Notes: generated from the sequence alone by a model not told the origin. Counted from the stretch's first letter, positions 16,052-25,710 are shown. The stretch is 64,000 nt of DNA from Patescibacteria group bacterium (GCA_041649715.1 JBAZMP010000001.1:210741-274740), one strand, 5' to 3'. Numbers and translations: made by a program.

Positions 16052-16714
16052 TTATCCACGGGCGATAACGAAGCCGGTTACTTCTTTCGCCCCGGCTTTT
16101 TTAAGAACTTTAGTTGCTTCCTTCATGGTACTGCCGGTGGTATAAACGTCATCTATAAGAATAACAGATTTGCCTGAAATTTCAAGAGGCTTAAGGAGAA
16201 AAAACGCGTCTTTTACGTTATTTTTCCTCGCGGCGGCGGATAATTCCACTTGCGGATGAGTATACCTTACTCTTTGTAGATTATCAACCCGTATGTTTAA
16301 ACAAAAAATTTTCGCCAGTTCTTCGCCGATGATCTGGGCCTGATTGAATCCTCGCCATCGCAAACGCCTTTTATGCAGAGGAACGGGGATCACCAGGGTT
16401 TCGGCGGGAAAACTCACCCTATATATTTTTGTGTAATAAGCCAATAGGCTTGCCAGGGCTGATCTTATGTCTTGGGCAAAATTGTATTTTAAGAGATGGA
16501 TCAGCTGTTTAACAATTTCGTTTTTATAATCGGCCATAACGACCAGACCGTCCAGACCGGGGCCTTTTTCCCGTTTGGCATCCGGTTTTTTAAATTCGAT
16601 TTTTTTAAGGCAGTTTTCGCAAAGCCACTGACCTTCTTTATTGCAACTCAAACAAAAGACCGGGAAAATAAGATCCAGAATGAATTTTTTTATTTGGCGG
16701 TATTTGAAATGCAT
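16052..16714 (-). CDS. comF: ComF-family competence protein (double zinc ribbon plus phosphoribosyltransferase domain)
   Basis: 220 aa. N-terminal CLSCNKEGQWLCENC. C-terminal PRTase motif VILIDDVYTTGSTM. Confidence 0.75.
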   Translation of the reverse strand: MHFKYRQIKKFILDLIFPVFCLSCNKEGQWLCENCLKKIEFKKPDAKREKGPGLDGLVVMADYKNEIVKQLIHLLKYNFAQDIRSALASLLAYYTKIYRVSFPAETLVIPVPLHKRRLRWRGFNQAQIIGEELAKIFCLNIRVDNLQRVRYTHPQVELSAAARKNNVKDAFFLLKPLEISGKSVILIDDVYTTGSTMKEATKVLKKAGAKEVTGFVIARG

Positions 16715-16768
16715 AAAAACGGGTCTTTATAAGGGAAAGACATTCATATATTTTTTACCACCAAAAAT

Positions 16769-19273
16769 CTATTTTGTTTTGACTAGCTTAATATTATCTT
16801 TTTCCGCGGTAATGTCAAGATCGTCGCCATCCTTAACTTCGCCTGACAGCAGTTTTTCAGCCAAAGGGTTTTCAATCAGTTCCTGGATTAATTTGCGGAC
16901 GGCGCGCGCCCCTGAATCCGGGGAGAAAGCCTTTTTCGCCAAGATGGCGCGCGCCCTGTTTTTCAGGGAAAAGGTGATATTCTTATCTTTCAATCTTTCT
17001 TCAAGTTCCTTAATCTGCCGCTCCACGATTTTTTCTACCGCTTTCTCGTCCAGGGGTTTGAAGACGATGATTTTGTCCACCCGGTTTAAAAATTCAGGGC
17101 GAAACTTATCGCGCAGATCCTTTAGTACCTGGTTTTTTATTGCCTCATATTTTTCCGCCCATTGCTTTTTTTTATCCTCATTTTCCGTTTCAAAGCCCAT
17201 GGCGGCCATCTGGTTCAAATTTTTCAGGCCGACATTGGAAGTCATGATGACAATGGTGTTTTTAAAATTTACTTTTTTGCCCACGGCGTCGGTCAGATGC
17301 CCCTCATCCATGATCTGCAGCAAAAGGTTAAAGACGTCGGGATGGGCTTTTTCCATTTCATCAAAAAGAACCACGGCGTAAGGTTTTCTTTTTACCTGGT
17401 CGGATAATTTTGTCCCTTCTTTGTAGCCGACATAGCCGGCGGGGGCGCCGATGAGCTTGGAGATATTGAAGCTTTCCGTAAATTCCGACATATCGAGGCG
17501 GATGAGAGCGTTCTCGTCTTCAAAAACCACCCGGGCCAATACTTTGGCCATTTCTGTTTTGCCCACGCCCGAAGGCCCCAGAAAAATAAATGAGCCCAAA
17601 GGCCGGCTGGGGTTGGCCAGGCCGACGCGCGAGCGGCGGATGAAGTCAGCGATCGCCTTGGTCGCTTCGTTTTGGCCGACGATGTATTCTTCAAGCACTT
17701 TTTCCAGATTTATCAATCTTTCCTTTTCGGATTTAACGAGTTCGGCCAGGGGAACGCCGGTAATCTTGGCGATGATTTCCGCGATGTCTCTTTCTGAAAT
17801 TTCGCCCACAAACCCGGAGGTGGTCTGGGCGTATTTTTCCCGTAATTTGCCCAGGTCAATTTTAAGCTGGCCTTCTTTTTGTTTAAGACCCAAGGCTTCG
17901 TCAAAGCTTTCCTTTAAAACAGCCTCTTCCTTCTCTTTTTGGATTTTTTCCCTCTCTTTTTCTTTCTCCTTTATTTTTTGAAAGAAGGGACTCGGTTTGG
18001 CGTTGACCTTGATTTTGGCCGCCGCTTCATCTATCAAATCAATGGCTTTGTCCGGCAGAAATTTATCCTGAATATAGCGGGAAGAGAGCTTGACCGCGGC
18101 CGCCAAAGCATTTTCGTTTATTTTTACGTGATGGTAAGTCTCAAAATTATCCTTTATTCCGGCTAAGATTTCCAGGGTTTCTTCCGGGCTGGATTCTTTG
18201 ATGATGATGGGCTGAAATCGTCTCTCTAGAGCGGGATCGGACTCGATGTTTTTTTTGAATTCCTCCAAAGTGGTCGCGCCGATGCAGTGGATCTGCCCTT
18301 TTGATAGGGCCGGTTTTAAAATATTGGCCGCGTCCATGGAGCCGGTGGCCGAGCCGGTGCCGATGATATTGTGGATCTCATCTATGAAGAGGATGATGTT
18401 TTCATCGGCCTTTATTTCTTCGATTACCTGCTTGAGCCGGCTTTCAAATTCGCCGCGGTAAATGGTCCCGGCCACCACCATTCCTAAATCAAGGGACAGG
18501 AGTTTTTTCTTGGCCAGGATGTCCGGCACTTCGCCTTTCAGGATCTTTTTTGCCAAGCCTTCGACGATGGCCGTTTTACCGACCCCGGGATCGCCGAGCA
18601 AGATCGGATTATTTTTCGTCCGGCGCGATAAAATATGGATCAATCTTTCTATTTCTTTCTTCCGACCGATTACCGGATCAATGGATTTCTGCAAATTCGG
18701 ATCAGTTAGATCGTTGGAAAAGAAATCCAAAGCCGGGGTTTTGGAAGGGCGGCGGCCCGTGAATTCTTTTTCCATTTCTTTTTCCTCGGCGAAAAATCCC
18801 GACAGATCGGGAAATTTGGAGGTGTTTTTTAATATCATGGTAAGATTTTTTTTGAGGCTTTCAAGGTCGATACGGTGTTCTTTGAAGATCTTTTCCAGAG
18901 TCGCATCGCCGATTTCCAGGAGCGAAAAAAGCAGATGCTCCGTGCCGACGTATTTGTGTTTGTAGCGGCTGGCGGTTAAAACCGCTTTTTCCAGGGCTTT
19001 TTTGGCCGGGAGGGAAAATTTTAATTGGGCGATATCCATCATGTCGCCTGAAACCGGTTCATTAGTTTGGCGGACGCTGATCTTCAAGTCTTCCGTCTTT
19101 AATTTGGTTTTGCCCAGGATGTCGTGCGAAATGCCGCCGCGGGCGCTTAACAGTCCATAGAGAAAATGTTCCGGATTGATATACTTGTTTTTCAATTCCA
19201 AAGCCAGCTTGGCGGCCGCGTCAAGCGCGTTTTTAAGATGCTGGGTGAATTTTTTTAAGACCGGTATATCCAT
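16769..19273 (-). CDS. clpC: Clp/Hsp100 AAA+ chaperone, ClpC-like (two AAA modules, short M-domain, ClpP-loop-like MGF)
   Basis: 834 aa. Clp_N repeats. Walker A GDPGVGKTAIV and GPSGVGKTE. Walker B ILFIDEIH and VVLFDEMEKA. MGF tripeptide after TSNVG, as in ClpC/ClpA. Confidence 0.8.
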   Translation of the reverse strand: MDIPVLKKFTQHLKNALDAAAKLALELKNKYINPEHFLYGLLSARGGISHDILGKTKLKTEDLKISVRQTNEPVSGDMMDIAQLKFSLPAKKALEKAVLTASRYKHKYVGTEHLLFSLLEIGDATLEKIFKEHRIDLESLKKNLTMILKNTSKFPDLSGFFAEEKEMEKEFTGRRPSKTPALDFFSNDLTDPNLQKSIDPVIGRKKEIERLIHILSRRTKNNPILLGDPGVGKTAIVEGLAKKILKGEVPDILAKKKLLSLDLGMVVAGTIYRGEFESRLKQVIEEIKADENIILFIDEIHNIIGTGSATGSMDAANILKPALSKGQIHCIGATTLEEFKKNIESDPALERRFQPIIIKESSPEETLEILAGIKDNFETYHHVKINENALAAAVKLSSRYIQDKFLPDKAIDLIDEAAAKIKVNAKPSPFFQKIKEKEKEREKIQKEKEEAVLKESFDEALGLKQKEGQLKIDLGKLREKYAQTTSGFVGEISERDIAEIIAKITGVPLAELVKSEKERLINLEKVLEEYIVGQNEATKAIADFIRRSRVGLANPSRPLGSFIFLGPSGVGKTEMAKVLARVVFEDENALIRLDMSEFTESFNISKLIGAPAGYVGYKEGTKLSDQVKRKPYAVVLFDEMEKAHPDVFNLLLQIMDEGHLTDAVGKKVNFKNTIVIMTSNVGLKNLNQMAAMGFETENEDKKKQWAEKYEAIKNQVLKDLRDKFRPEFLNRVDKIIVFKPLDEKAVEKIVERQIKELEERLKDKNITFSLKNRARAILAKKAFSPDSGARAVRKLIQELIENPLAEKLLSGEVKDGDDLDITAEKDNIKLVKTK

Positions 19274-19330
19274 ATTCTGTTATAGTATTATAGCTTTTTT
19301 CCCGGCGTAAATCAAGATGATCGTAGGATA

Positions 19331-19420
19331 TTTTCGATATTAAGAAATTGAGATATCGGGTGATTAAGTCGCATATAAAACTTTGCCTTATTAAGCTCTC
19401 AATATCTCAATATCTTGATT
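19331..19420. repeat. AT-rich intergenic repeat element (GATATTAAG / AAATTGAGATAT / GATATTGAGATATTGAG family), copy A
   Basis: Shares the blocks GATATTAAG, AAATTGAGATAT, GATTAAG and (reverse-complemented) GATATTGAGATATTGAG with 38031..38110. Confidence 0.45.
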
Positions 19421-19489
19421 TCTAAAACAAAACAGCTCCGGTTAAATAATAATGAAGCGATAATGCCGCCACCTGAAATAACTATGATA

Positions 19490-20401
19490 TTATTCCTTAA
19501 CGTCTGCCATCCTTCTTAAGGCGGCCACCCGTTCATCAATGGGAGGATGGGTGGAAAATAATCGATTAAAGCCCTTAGCCGCTTTTTCGCCGAAAGGGCT
19601 GGCAATATACAGATGCGCCGTCGCTTGATTGGCGCGTTGAAGAGGCTGTTTATACTGGGAAATCTTTTCTAAGGCGGTCGCCAAGCCTTCTGGATACCGG
19701 GTAAGAAGAGCGCCGGAAGCATCGGCTAAGTATTCTCTTTTTCGGGAAATGGCGAATTGAAGAAGTTTAGCAAAAATCGGAGAAAGTATCAGAAAGACCA
19801 AGCCGATAATTAAAAGGATGAGGCCGATTTGTCCGCCCAAAGAACTGCGGTTGCGCCGGCCGCCGAACAATCTAAAACGGAAAAACCATTGGCCGATTAG
19901 AGTAACTGTTCCGACCAGGACAATGACGATCATCATGAGCCTAATGTCATAATTTTTGATGTGGGATAATTCATGGGCGATCACGCCTTCCAGCTCCTCG
20001 TTTTTCAGCTTTTCGATAATCCCAGAGGTCAGGGCGATAGAAGCGTGTTTGGGGTCGCGGCCGGTGGCAAAGGCATTAGGCGTGGGATCGCTAATGATAT
20101 ATATTTTCGGCAGGTCCAGGCCGGCGGTAATGCAGAGATTCTCCACTAAGCGATAAACATAGGCGTTATCTTGTTTTTCAATTGGTTTAGCGCCGGCGGT
20201 CCAGAGGGCGATCTTATCACCTGAATACCAGCTTATTAAAGTCATCATTCCGGAAATAACCAGGGCGATAACTAATCCGGTATAGCCGGCGTCCGAGAAT
20301 TGACCGATAAAGTAGCCCAAAACTAATAATAAAGCGATAAAAACAAACATAAGTAAAAAGCTGCGGCGTTTATTTGAATTTATGAAGTCGTAGGTTGTCA
20401 T
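19490..20401 (-). CDS. htpX: HtpX-like M48 zinc metalloprotease
   Basis: 303 aa. Four TM segments. HELSHIKNYD (HExxH). Downstream E..AD motif. Confidence 0.85.
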   Translation of the reverse strand: MTTYDFINSNKRRSFLLMFVFIALLLVLGYFIGQFSDAGYTGLVIALVISGMMTLISWYSGDKIALWTAGAKPIEKQDNAYVYRLVENLCITAGLDLPKIYIISDPTPNAFATGRDPKHASIALTSGIIEKLKNEELEGVIAHELSHIKNYDIRLMMIVIVLVGTVTLIGQWFFRFRLFGGRRNRSSLGGQIGLILLIIGLVFLILSPIFAKLLQFAISRKREYLADASGALLTRYPEGLATALEKISQYKQPLQRANQATAHLYIASPFGEKAAKGFNRLFSTHPPIDERVAALRRMADVKE

Positions 20402-20407
20402 GTTTTT

Positions 20408-20440
20408 ACTCGGAACTTTGAACTTTGAACCTGGAACTTA
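20408..20440. repeat. Left flank repeats of the four-helix-bundle cassette: ACTCGGAAC plus tandem GAACTTT GAACTTT GAACCTG GAACTTA
   Basis: ACTCGGAACT is the reverse complement of the AGTTCCGAGT repeats on the right flank. Four tandem 7-mers follow. Confidence 0.5.
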
Positions 20441-20464
20441 TGTTTAAAGTCCAGTGTTCATAAT

Positions 20465-20821
20465 TCAAGCTCTTAGTTTCTTAATAAATCCTGAAAGTTG
20501 TTTGCCTAAATTTTCTGCTTCTCCGAGTAATTTTTCGTATTCATTCTTTGTTACGTATTTTTCACCTAAGGCAATATCAATGCAAGCAATAATTTCCTCT
20601 AAAGACGCCAAAGAAATATTCAAAAATCGGGCAAAATCAGTATCACTATGTTTATTTGATCCTTCCGCGATATTTAACAGGATAGAATTAACCGCTCGGC
20701 GGACTTGTGAAGTCAAAACAAACAGCTCATCTTTAGGGAATTTTCTTGATAATACATAAATTTCTCGCCTAAAAGCTTGCGCGTCTTTATAAACAGGAAA
20801 ATTTCTGAATCTAAATAGCAT
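20465..20821 (-). CDS. Four-helix-bundle protein (the family formerly called 23S rRNA intervening-sequence protein)
   Basis: 118 aa. NFPVYKDAQAFRREIYVLSRKFPKDELFVLTSQVRRAVNSILLNIAEGSNKHSDTDFARFLNISLASLEEIIACIDIAL matches the conserved pattern of this family. Confidence 0.8.
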   Translation of the reverse strand: MLFRFRNFPVYKDAQAFRREIYVLSRKFPKDELFVLTSQVRRAVNSILLNIAEGSNKHSDTDFARFLNISLASLEEIIACIDIALGEKYVTKNEYEKLLGEAENLGKQLSGFIKKLRA

Positions 20822-20884
20822 ATTGTTAATTAAACTTCGGACAATGTACTATGAACATTAAACTTATTTACCTATCACAAAAAT

Positions 20885-20908
20885 GTTCCGAGTTCTTAGT
20901 TCCGAGTT
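20885..20908. repeat. Right flank direct repeats GTTCCGAGTT x2
   Basis: GTTCCGAGTT-CTTA-GTTCCGAGTT, inverted relative to ACTCGGAAC at 20408. Confidence 0.5.
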
Positions 20909-20911
20909 AGA

Positions 20912-21466
20912 CTAAAAGTTGACCTTTGGCGCTTCTTTCGCTTCTTCTTGCTCCAGTTCAAAGAATTCTCTGGCCTTGAAACCTAGGCGTTGGGCGAACA
21001 TGTTATTGGGGAAGGTCTGGATCTTGGTGTTGAAGTCGCGGACATTGCCGTTGTAAAAGCGGCGCGAGGCCTGGATCTTGTTTTCCGTGTCGGAGAGCTC
21101 GTCCTGCAGTTTAGCGAAGTTCTCCGAAGCCCGCAATTGCGGATAATTTTCCGCCACCGCGAACAGGCTTTTCAAGGCGCCGGAAAGCATATTTTCCGCT
21201 TTGCCTTTTTCCTCCGGATTCTGGGCGCCCATCGCTTTGGCCCGGGCGTTGGTCACGTTTTCAAAGACCTGTTTTTCGTGGGTGGCATAACCCTTGACTG
21301 TTTCGATCAAATTCGGGATCAGGTCATATCTCCTTTTTAACTGGACATCAATATCCGACCAGGCTTCGTCGGTCTGATTTTTCAGGCGGATCAAGCCGTT
21401 ATAAATGGCGACCAGCCAGAAGATGAAAACGAGGATCAGGCCGAGTAAGATGTATACAATATACAT
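20912..21466 (-). CDS. lemA: LemA-family membrane protein
   Basis: 184 aa. N-terminal TM. LemA pattern IPNLIETVKGYATHE...ENYPQLRASENF. Confidence 0.85.
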   Translation of the reverse strand: MYIVYILLGLILVFIFWLVAIYNGLIRLKNQTDEAWSDIDVQLKRRYDLIPNLIETVKGYATHEKQVFENVTNARAKAMGAQNPEEKGKAENMLSGALKSLFAVAENYPQLRASENFAKLQDELSDTENKIQASRRFYNGNVRDFNTKIQTFPNNMFAQRLGFKAREFFELEQEEAKEAPKVNF

Positions 21467-21502
21467 TACTTAATTCCTTTCTTTATTGATTAATATTAAT
21501 AT

Positions 21503-22039
21503 TTAAATTTTATCTGAAGAATATCTTTTTTCCACTTTTTTTACGGAAAATTCCGCTTTGTCTTTTATGTTGCTGGCGGAATAAACGGTCACGGTGTCGC
21601 CCTTTCGGATATCTTTAAGATTAATGAGGGTGGTGCCTGTCGTTTCGGTCGCTTTTGGCCCCTGTTTGGACAGTTCATCGATATCCCTTTTAATTATGGC
21701 GGCGTCCGGATTTATTTCGGCTTTAAAAACCGCTTTCATGATTTTATCGCCCTGGGAGTAGACGGATTCTAAGTAAAGAGTTTGGTCTTCCAGGGCAACC
21801 ACTTTTCCGGTGCGGGTAAAGATGGCGGTTCTTTCCGGCCTATTTAGTAAATTATCCGCCACTGTAATCTCGCCGATAACCTGTGGGGTCAAAGAAATAT
21901 TTAGTTCGCTTTTATTTATGTTCAGGCCAAAATAAAGTATAGCGCCGAAAGAAATGACAAAAATCAGTCCGCTAAAGATGATGAGGGGCCAGTAATAAAT
22001 ATTTAATCCACTTTTAGATCGGGGGATTGGTTTTTTCAT
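21503..22039 (-). CDS. Hypothetical membrane-anchored protein
   Basis: 178 aa. One N-terminal TM. No motif recognised. Confidence 0.45.
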   Translation of the reverse strand: MKKPIPRSKSGLNIYYWPLIIFSGLIFVISFGAILYFGLNINKSELNISLTPQVIGEITVADNLLNRPERTAIFTRTGKVVALEDQTLYLESVYSQGDKIMKAVFKAEINPDAAIIKRDIDELSKQGPKATETTGTTLINLKDIRKGDTVTVYSASNIKDKAEFSVKKVEKRYSSDKI

Positions 22040-22186
22040 TTGACAATATCGGTATAATATGTTTTAATAATACAGTGTTATTTATTAGACAAATACCCTT
22101 TTCTTATGTTATTATATGATCAGACAGAAGAACTGTCAAAACAGGATTTTGCCATATTTTTCAAAAATATTAATCTTTGTAAATCT

Positions 22187-23422
22187 ATGCTAAATATCAA
22201 GAGCAAAAACAAAAATCCGATCGGTTTTCTAGCCATCCTTGTTATTCTGGGATGGTTTTTTGTGGCGGGAAGAGAAAGTTTGGCTTGGACCGAACCTATG
22301 GCCGCCCCGCCCGGCGGCAATGTGCAGGCGCCGATAAATGTCTCGGCCACGGCGCAGGCAAAGATCGGCTCTTTGACTTTGGGGGTTGACAACGCTAACC
22401 CCGGTCTTTTAAGGCTTTACCCGGCCGGGCAATTATCTGGCAGTTGCTCGGAAGGGCAGTTGGCTTATTGGAGCGGCTCTGGTCTTTATTATTGCGCCAT
22501 CAGCGGCGCCAGCACCGTCTGGCGAGGTTTAAAAACGGCCAGCGGTTTTGTACTTGAAGATGACACCCAATTGGGCTGGGGTTATTTAAAAAATGATGAT
22601 AATCCGGAAGTAGAATATGCCCTTAAGGCGGTTGGTTATAGCCAAGACGGTGGTTTGCCGTACTATACTGGCATTGAGGGAGCGGCCGGCGATAATAGTG
22701 AAAAAAATTACGGCATTTATGGCACAGATGCTGGGTTCAATAATGCCTATGCCGGTTATTTCCAGGGCAATGTGGGGGTTTCTAAAAGCACGGGCGGAGA
22801 GACAAGATTACAAGTGGGAACGAATAATAGCGATGATCAAGTTAGTCTTTGCTTGAATGATAGCGGTTGTCTCACCAGCTGGCCGTTAGGCGGGGGCAGT
22901 TACTGGACGCAAAATGATTATGACACTTATTTGACCAAAACGGATAAGAATTTGGCGCTAGGCGGCAGTGAAGCAAATGAGTCGGCTTTTTACGTGAATG
23001 TGGCCAATAATATTGATAATAACGTTAAAACAATAATTGGCCAGCCGGAAGATTTGCTCCAGGAGGATCTTTCGGCCGTGACGAGCTATTTTTGCGGAGA
23101 CGGCGCCTGTATGGCGACTGAGAATAATACCAATTGTTCCGCTGATTGCCCGCCTGTTTTTGCCGCTAATAACCCGTTCTACAACAATACCAATAAAATA
23201 ATGATCTGGTCGGCTGATGAAGCTAATTACGGGACAGTTTGTTATGGCGTTAATTCATATGACGAACATTGCGGTGACAATTCTTTAGGACAACCATCAG
23301 CGGGTAATGCGGCGTATATCACCGGCTACACCCTGGGTACTTCTTATCACGCTCAAGTCAAGATTTGGGATCAATATGGTAATGTGACGTATAGCATAGA
23401 TATTCCTTTTACCCCCTCCTAG
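22187..23422 (+). CDS. Secreted surface protein, paralog family 1 (shared N-terminal motif, YAGYF motif, FN3-like C-terminus)
   Basis: The track ORF starts at 22106, but the likely start is the internal Met at 22187 (MLNIKSKNKNPIGFLAILVILGWFFVAG signal/TM). Motif WTEPMAAPPGGNVQAPINVSATAQAKIGSLTLG is shared with 23443..25650. Also AYAGYFQGNVGV. Confidence 0.5.
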   Translation: MLNIKSKNKNPIGFLAILVILGWFFVAGRESLAWTEPMAAPPGGNVQAPINVSATAQAKIGSLTLGVDNANPGLLRLYPAGQLSGSCSEGQLAYWSGSGLYYCAISGASTVWRGLKTASGFVLEDDTQLGWGYLKNDDNPEVEYALKAVGYSQDGGLPYYTGIEGAAGDNSEKNYGIYGTDAGFNNAYAGYFQGNVGVSKSTGGETRLQVGTNNSDDQVSLCLNDSGCLTSWPLGGGSYWTQNDYDTYLTKTDKNLALGGSEANESAFYVNVANNIDNNVKTIIGQPEDLLQEDLSAVTSYFCGDGACMATENNTNCSADCPPVFAANNPFYNNTNKIMIWSADEANYGTVCYGVNSYDEHCGDNSLGQPSAGNAAYITGYTLGTSYHAQVKIWDQYGNVTYSIDIPFTPS

Positions 23423-23442
23423 TTAAAACCGTTTTTTTATTT

Positions 23443-25650
23443 ATGTTTTTGCGAAAAAATCGTTTGAGCCGATTATTTGCCTTGTCAATTTTAATATTCG
23501 CCGGATTTTTTCTGATAAGCGAGGAAAGCCGAGCCTATTGGACCGATCCGACCGTCGCTCCGACCAGCGGCAATCTGGCGGTGCCGCTCAATTTTTCGTC
23601 TGTGGCGCAAACAAAAATCGGCCCCCTGACCTTAGGCGGCAGCGGCAATGCCGGCATCCTTGGTTTATATCCCAGCACCTTTGATCCGATTAATGATACT
23701 TGCACAGTCGGTCAGATCGCTTATAACGGCGGCAAGCAGATGTATTATTATTGCGACGACAGTAACCATTGGCAAAGTTTTGCCAACGCAGGAAAAATTT
23801 TTCAATTATTGGATGATAGCCAGGGAGGGTGGGGTTTTATCAAAGTGGCTGATCCGTACGAAAGTTCCTATGGTTTGAGAGGCGAATATTCGTATATACC
23901 TTATGGAAGAGGCATAGTCGGGGAAGCCGGTTTTAACCCGACCGATGAGACAAAAAGCATCGGGATTTACGGCCAGGACAGCGGTTTTGCCGACGCCTAC
24001 GCCGGCTTTTTTGAAGGAAACATAGAAATTCAAAAAAGTGATAATAGCACGGCAGAAAATCCGACAAAGCTGAGCATCGGCACCAGCGCCGAACAGGTAA
24101 AGTTATGTTTAAATAATAGCGGCTGCTTGTCGGATTGGTGGACAAGTGGAGAAGGCGATCCCTTTTGGCTGGACAACGGCCCGCAAGTTTATCTCGATGA
24201 AGCTTCACCTAACCGGGTGCTTTTAGGCGGCACCACCGCGACCGAGGCGAGATTTATCGTGCGGACCGGCGAACACAAAAGCGTGGTCATCGGCCGGCCG
24301 ACAAGCGTCGTCCCCTATACCTGCGGTGACGGCATTTGCCAGACCTGGGAAGGCAATATCATAGATTTGACAAGAGTACCGCCGGCGGAGGTCGCTTGTC
24401 CCCAAGATTGCGTGCCGGTCATAAAGGATGTGAATGTGACGCCATCCGGAGTGACAGCCAGGGTTTGTTATACGGTGGATGAATTAGTATCTGATACGCA
24501 CGTTGAATACCGTCTGCCGGCCGCGCCCGCCTATTTAACTTATCCCATTCCCCCAAGGACGAATGTCAGCGGTAATATCTGTATTGATCTGATCAATTTA
24601 GCGGCGAACACCGAATATGAATTCCGCGTATACGCCAAGGATAACTATGATAACGAGACTTATACCAATCCTTCAAATTTTCTCACAACGGGTTGCGGGG
24701 ACGGCATCTGCGCCGCGGGAGAAACCTGCATGGGCTGTAATGAAGACTGCTTGGGTAAAAAAGGCGGGGGCGGCTGTCTGGCCAGTCAGTATTGTTGTGA
24801 AGAGGGGTGTACGGAATGTTGTGTTGGCAGTGAAGGCCAGTGCCCGGTCGGCCAGGCGTGCGTCCTTCCGGGTATTTGCCAGCCTACCTGTGCTAATGAT
24901 GGTCAGTGCGGGGCGGGCCAGGTCTGCTGTTCTGGTTTCTGCAAGTTCGGCCAATGTTGCGTCAATCCTGACCCCGCGCACTGCGATATCGTCCCCTTTA
25001 CCAAATGTTACAGCAGCACATGCATGCAATGCATAGTGGCCGCGGATTGTAGCGTCTATGGTCTGAATAAATGTTGCACTTCTCCCAGTGGCATGAAGTT
25101 CTGCGGCAACTGCTGCTCAAACAAGGATTGTACAAACCCTCTTTATCCTGAGTGTTGTGCTTCTGGTTCTTACTTGAAGTGTCAAAAATCAAGCGCTTGC
25201 GTCGGCGGCGGCGGCTGCTTCCTAGCCAAGACTAATATTCTTATGGCTGATAATTCCCAAAAACCGATAGAAGAAGTAAAAATTGGAGATCTGGTCTACG
25301 GGTATCAAGACGGCCGGCTGATGTCAGCCAGAGTCGTCCAGACCTTCAAGCATTCCGACGTCAGTCGGTACTACTTATTAACGCTAGAAAACAGCCAGCG
25401 TCTTAAAGTGACCGGCATCCATCCTATCTTTGACGGCAAGGAATATATTAAGGTGGAAGATTTGGCTATCGGCGACACGGTGTATATCCGCGATAATGAT
25501 GTTTTAGAACCGATAAAGATAACGAACATCAGAATTATCGATCAAAGCATTGAGGTCTATAATCTGGAAGTTGACCAGACGAATAATTATTTTGCCGAAG
25601 GGGTGCTGGTGCATAATAAAACTTGGCCGGGTACCCCGGGCACAAATTAA
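23443..25650 (+). CDS. Large secreted protein: shared N-terminal motif, FN3-like domain, Cys-rich region, C-terminal Hint (intein-like) domain
   Basis: 735 aa. YWTDPTVAPTSGNLAVPLNFSSVAQTKIGPLTLGG. AYAGFFEGNIEI. FN3 signature NTEYEFRVYAKDNYDNETYTNP. About 170 aa with roughly 40 Cys. Hint domain at 25216..25611. Confidence 0.7.
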   Translation: MFLRKNRLSRLFALSILIFAGFFLISEESRAYWTDPTVAPTSGNLAVPLNFSSVAQTKIGPLTLGGSGNAGILGLYPSTFDPINDTCTVGQIAYNGGKQMYYYCDDSNHWQSFANAGKIFQLLDDSQGGWGFIKVADPYESSYGLRGEYSYIPYGRGIVGEAGFNPTDETKSIGIYGQDSGFADAYAGFFEGNIEIQKSDNSTAENPTKLSIGTSAEQVKLCLNNSGCLSDWWTSGEGDPFWLDNGPQVYLDEASPNRVLLGGTTATEARFIVRTGEHKSVVIGRPTSVVPYTCGDGICQTWEGNIIDLTRVPPAEVACPQDCVPVIKDVNVTPSGVTARVCYTVDELVSDTHVEYRLPAAPAYLTYPIPPRTNVSGNICIDLINLAANTEYEFRVYAKDNYDNETYTNPSNFLTTGCGDGICAAGETCMGCNEDCLGKKGGGGCLASQYCCEEGCTECCVGSEGQCPVGQACVLPGICQPTCANDGQCGAGQVCCSGFCKFGQCCVNPDPAHCDIVPFTKCYSSTCMQCIVAADCSVYGLNKCCTSPSGMKFCGNCCSNKDCTNPLYPECCASGSYLKCQKSSACVGGGGCFLAKTNILMADNSQKPIEEVKIGDLVYGYQDGRLMSARVVQTFKHSDVSRYYLLTLENSQRLKVTGIHPIFDGKEYIKVEDLAIGDTVYIRDNDVLEPIKITNIRIIDQSIEVYNLEVDQTNNYFAEGVLVHNKTWPGTPGTN
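25216..25611 (+). other. Hint / bacterial intein-like autoprocessing domain (C-terminal, non-splicing type)
   Basis: Begins CFLAKTNILMADNSQKPIEEVKIGDLVYG (Hint block A with Cys1). KVTGIHPIF (TxxH block B). Ends EVYNLEVDQTNNYFAEGVLVHN, followed by K rather than C/S/T and only 13 more residues. Confidence 0.75.
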
Positions 25651-25710
25651 CGGCTATTAGTTTTGACAATAATTTTCGACCGATATTAATCAAAATTTTA
25701 TAAAATTAAT

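Noticed and set aside
22040-22062. TTGACA ... TATAAT upstream of the secreted-protein cluster
   Set aside because: Spacer is only 7 nt, which is incompatible with a sigma70 promoter.
24617-25192. ORFs overlapping the Cys-rich region of the 735-aa protein
   Set aside because: Alternate-frame translations of a Cys-codon-rich (TGC/TGT) region.
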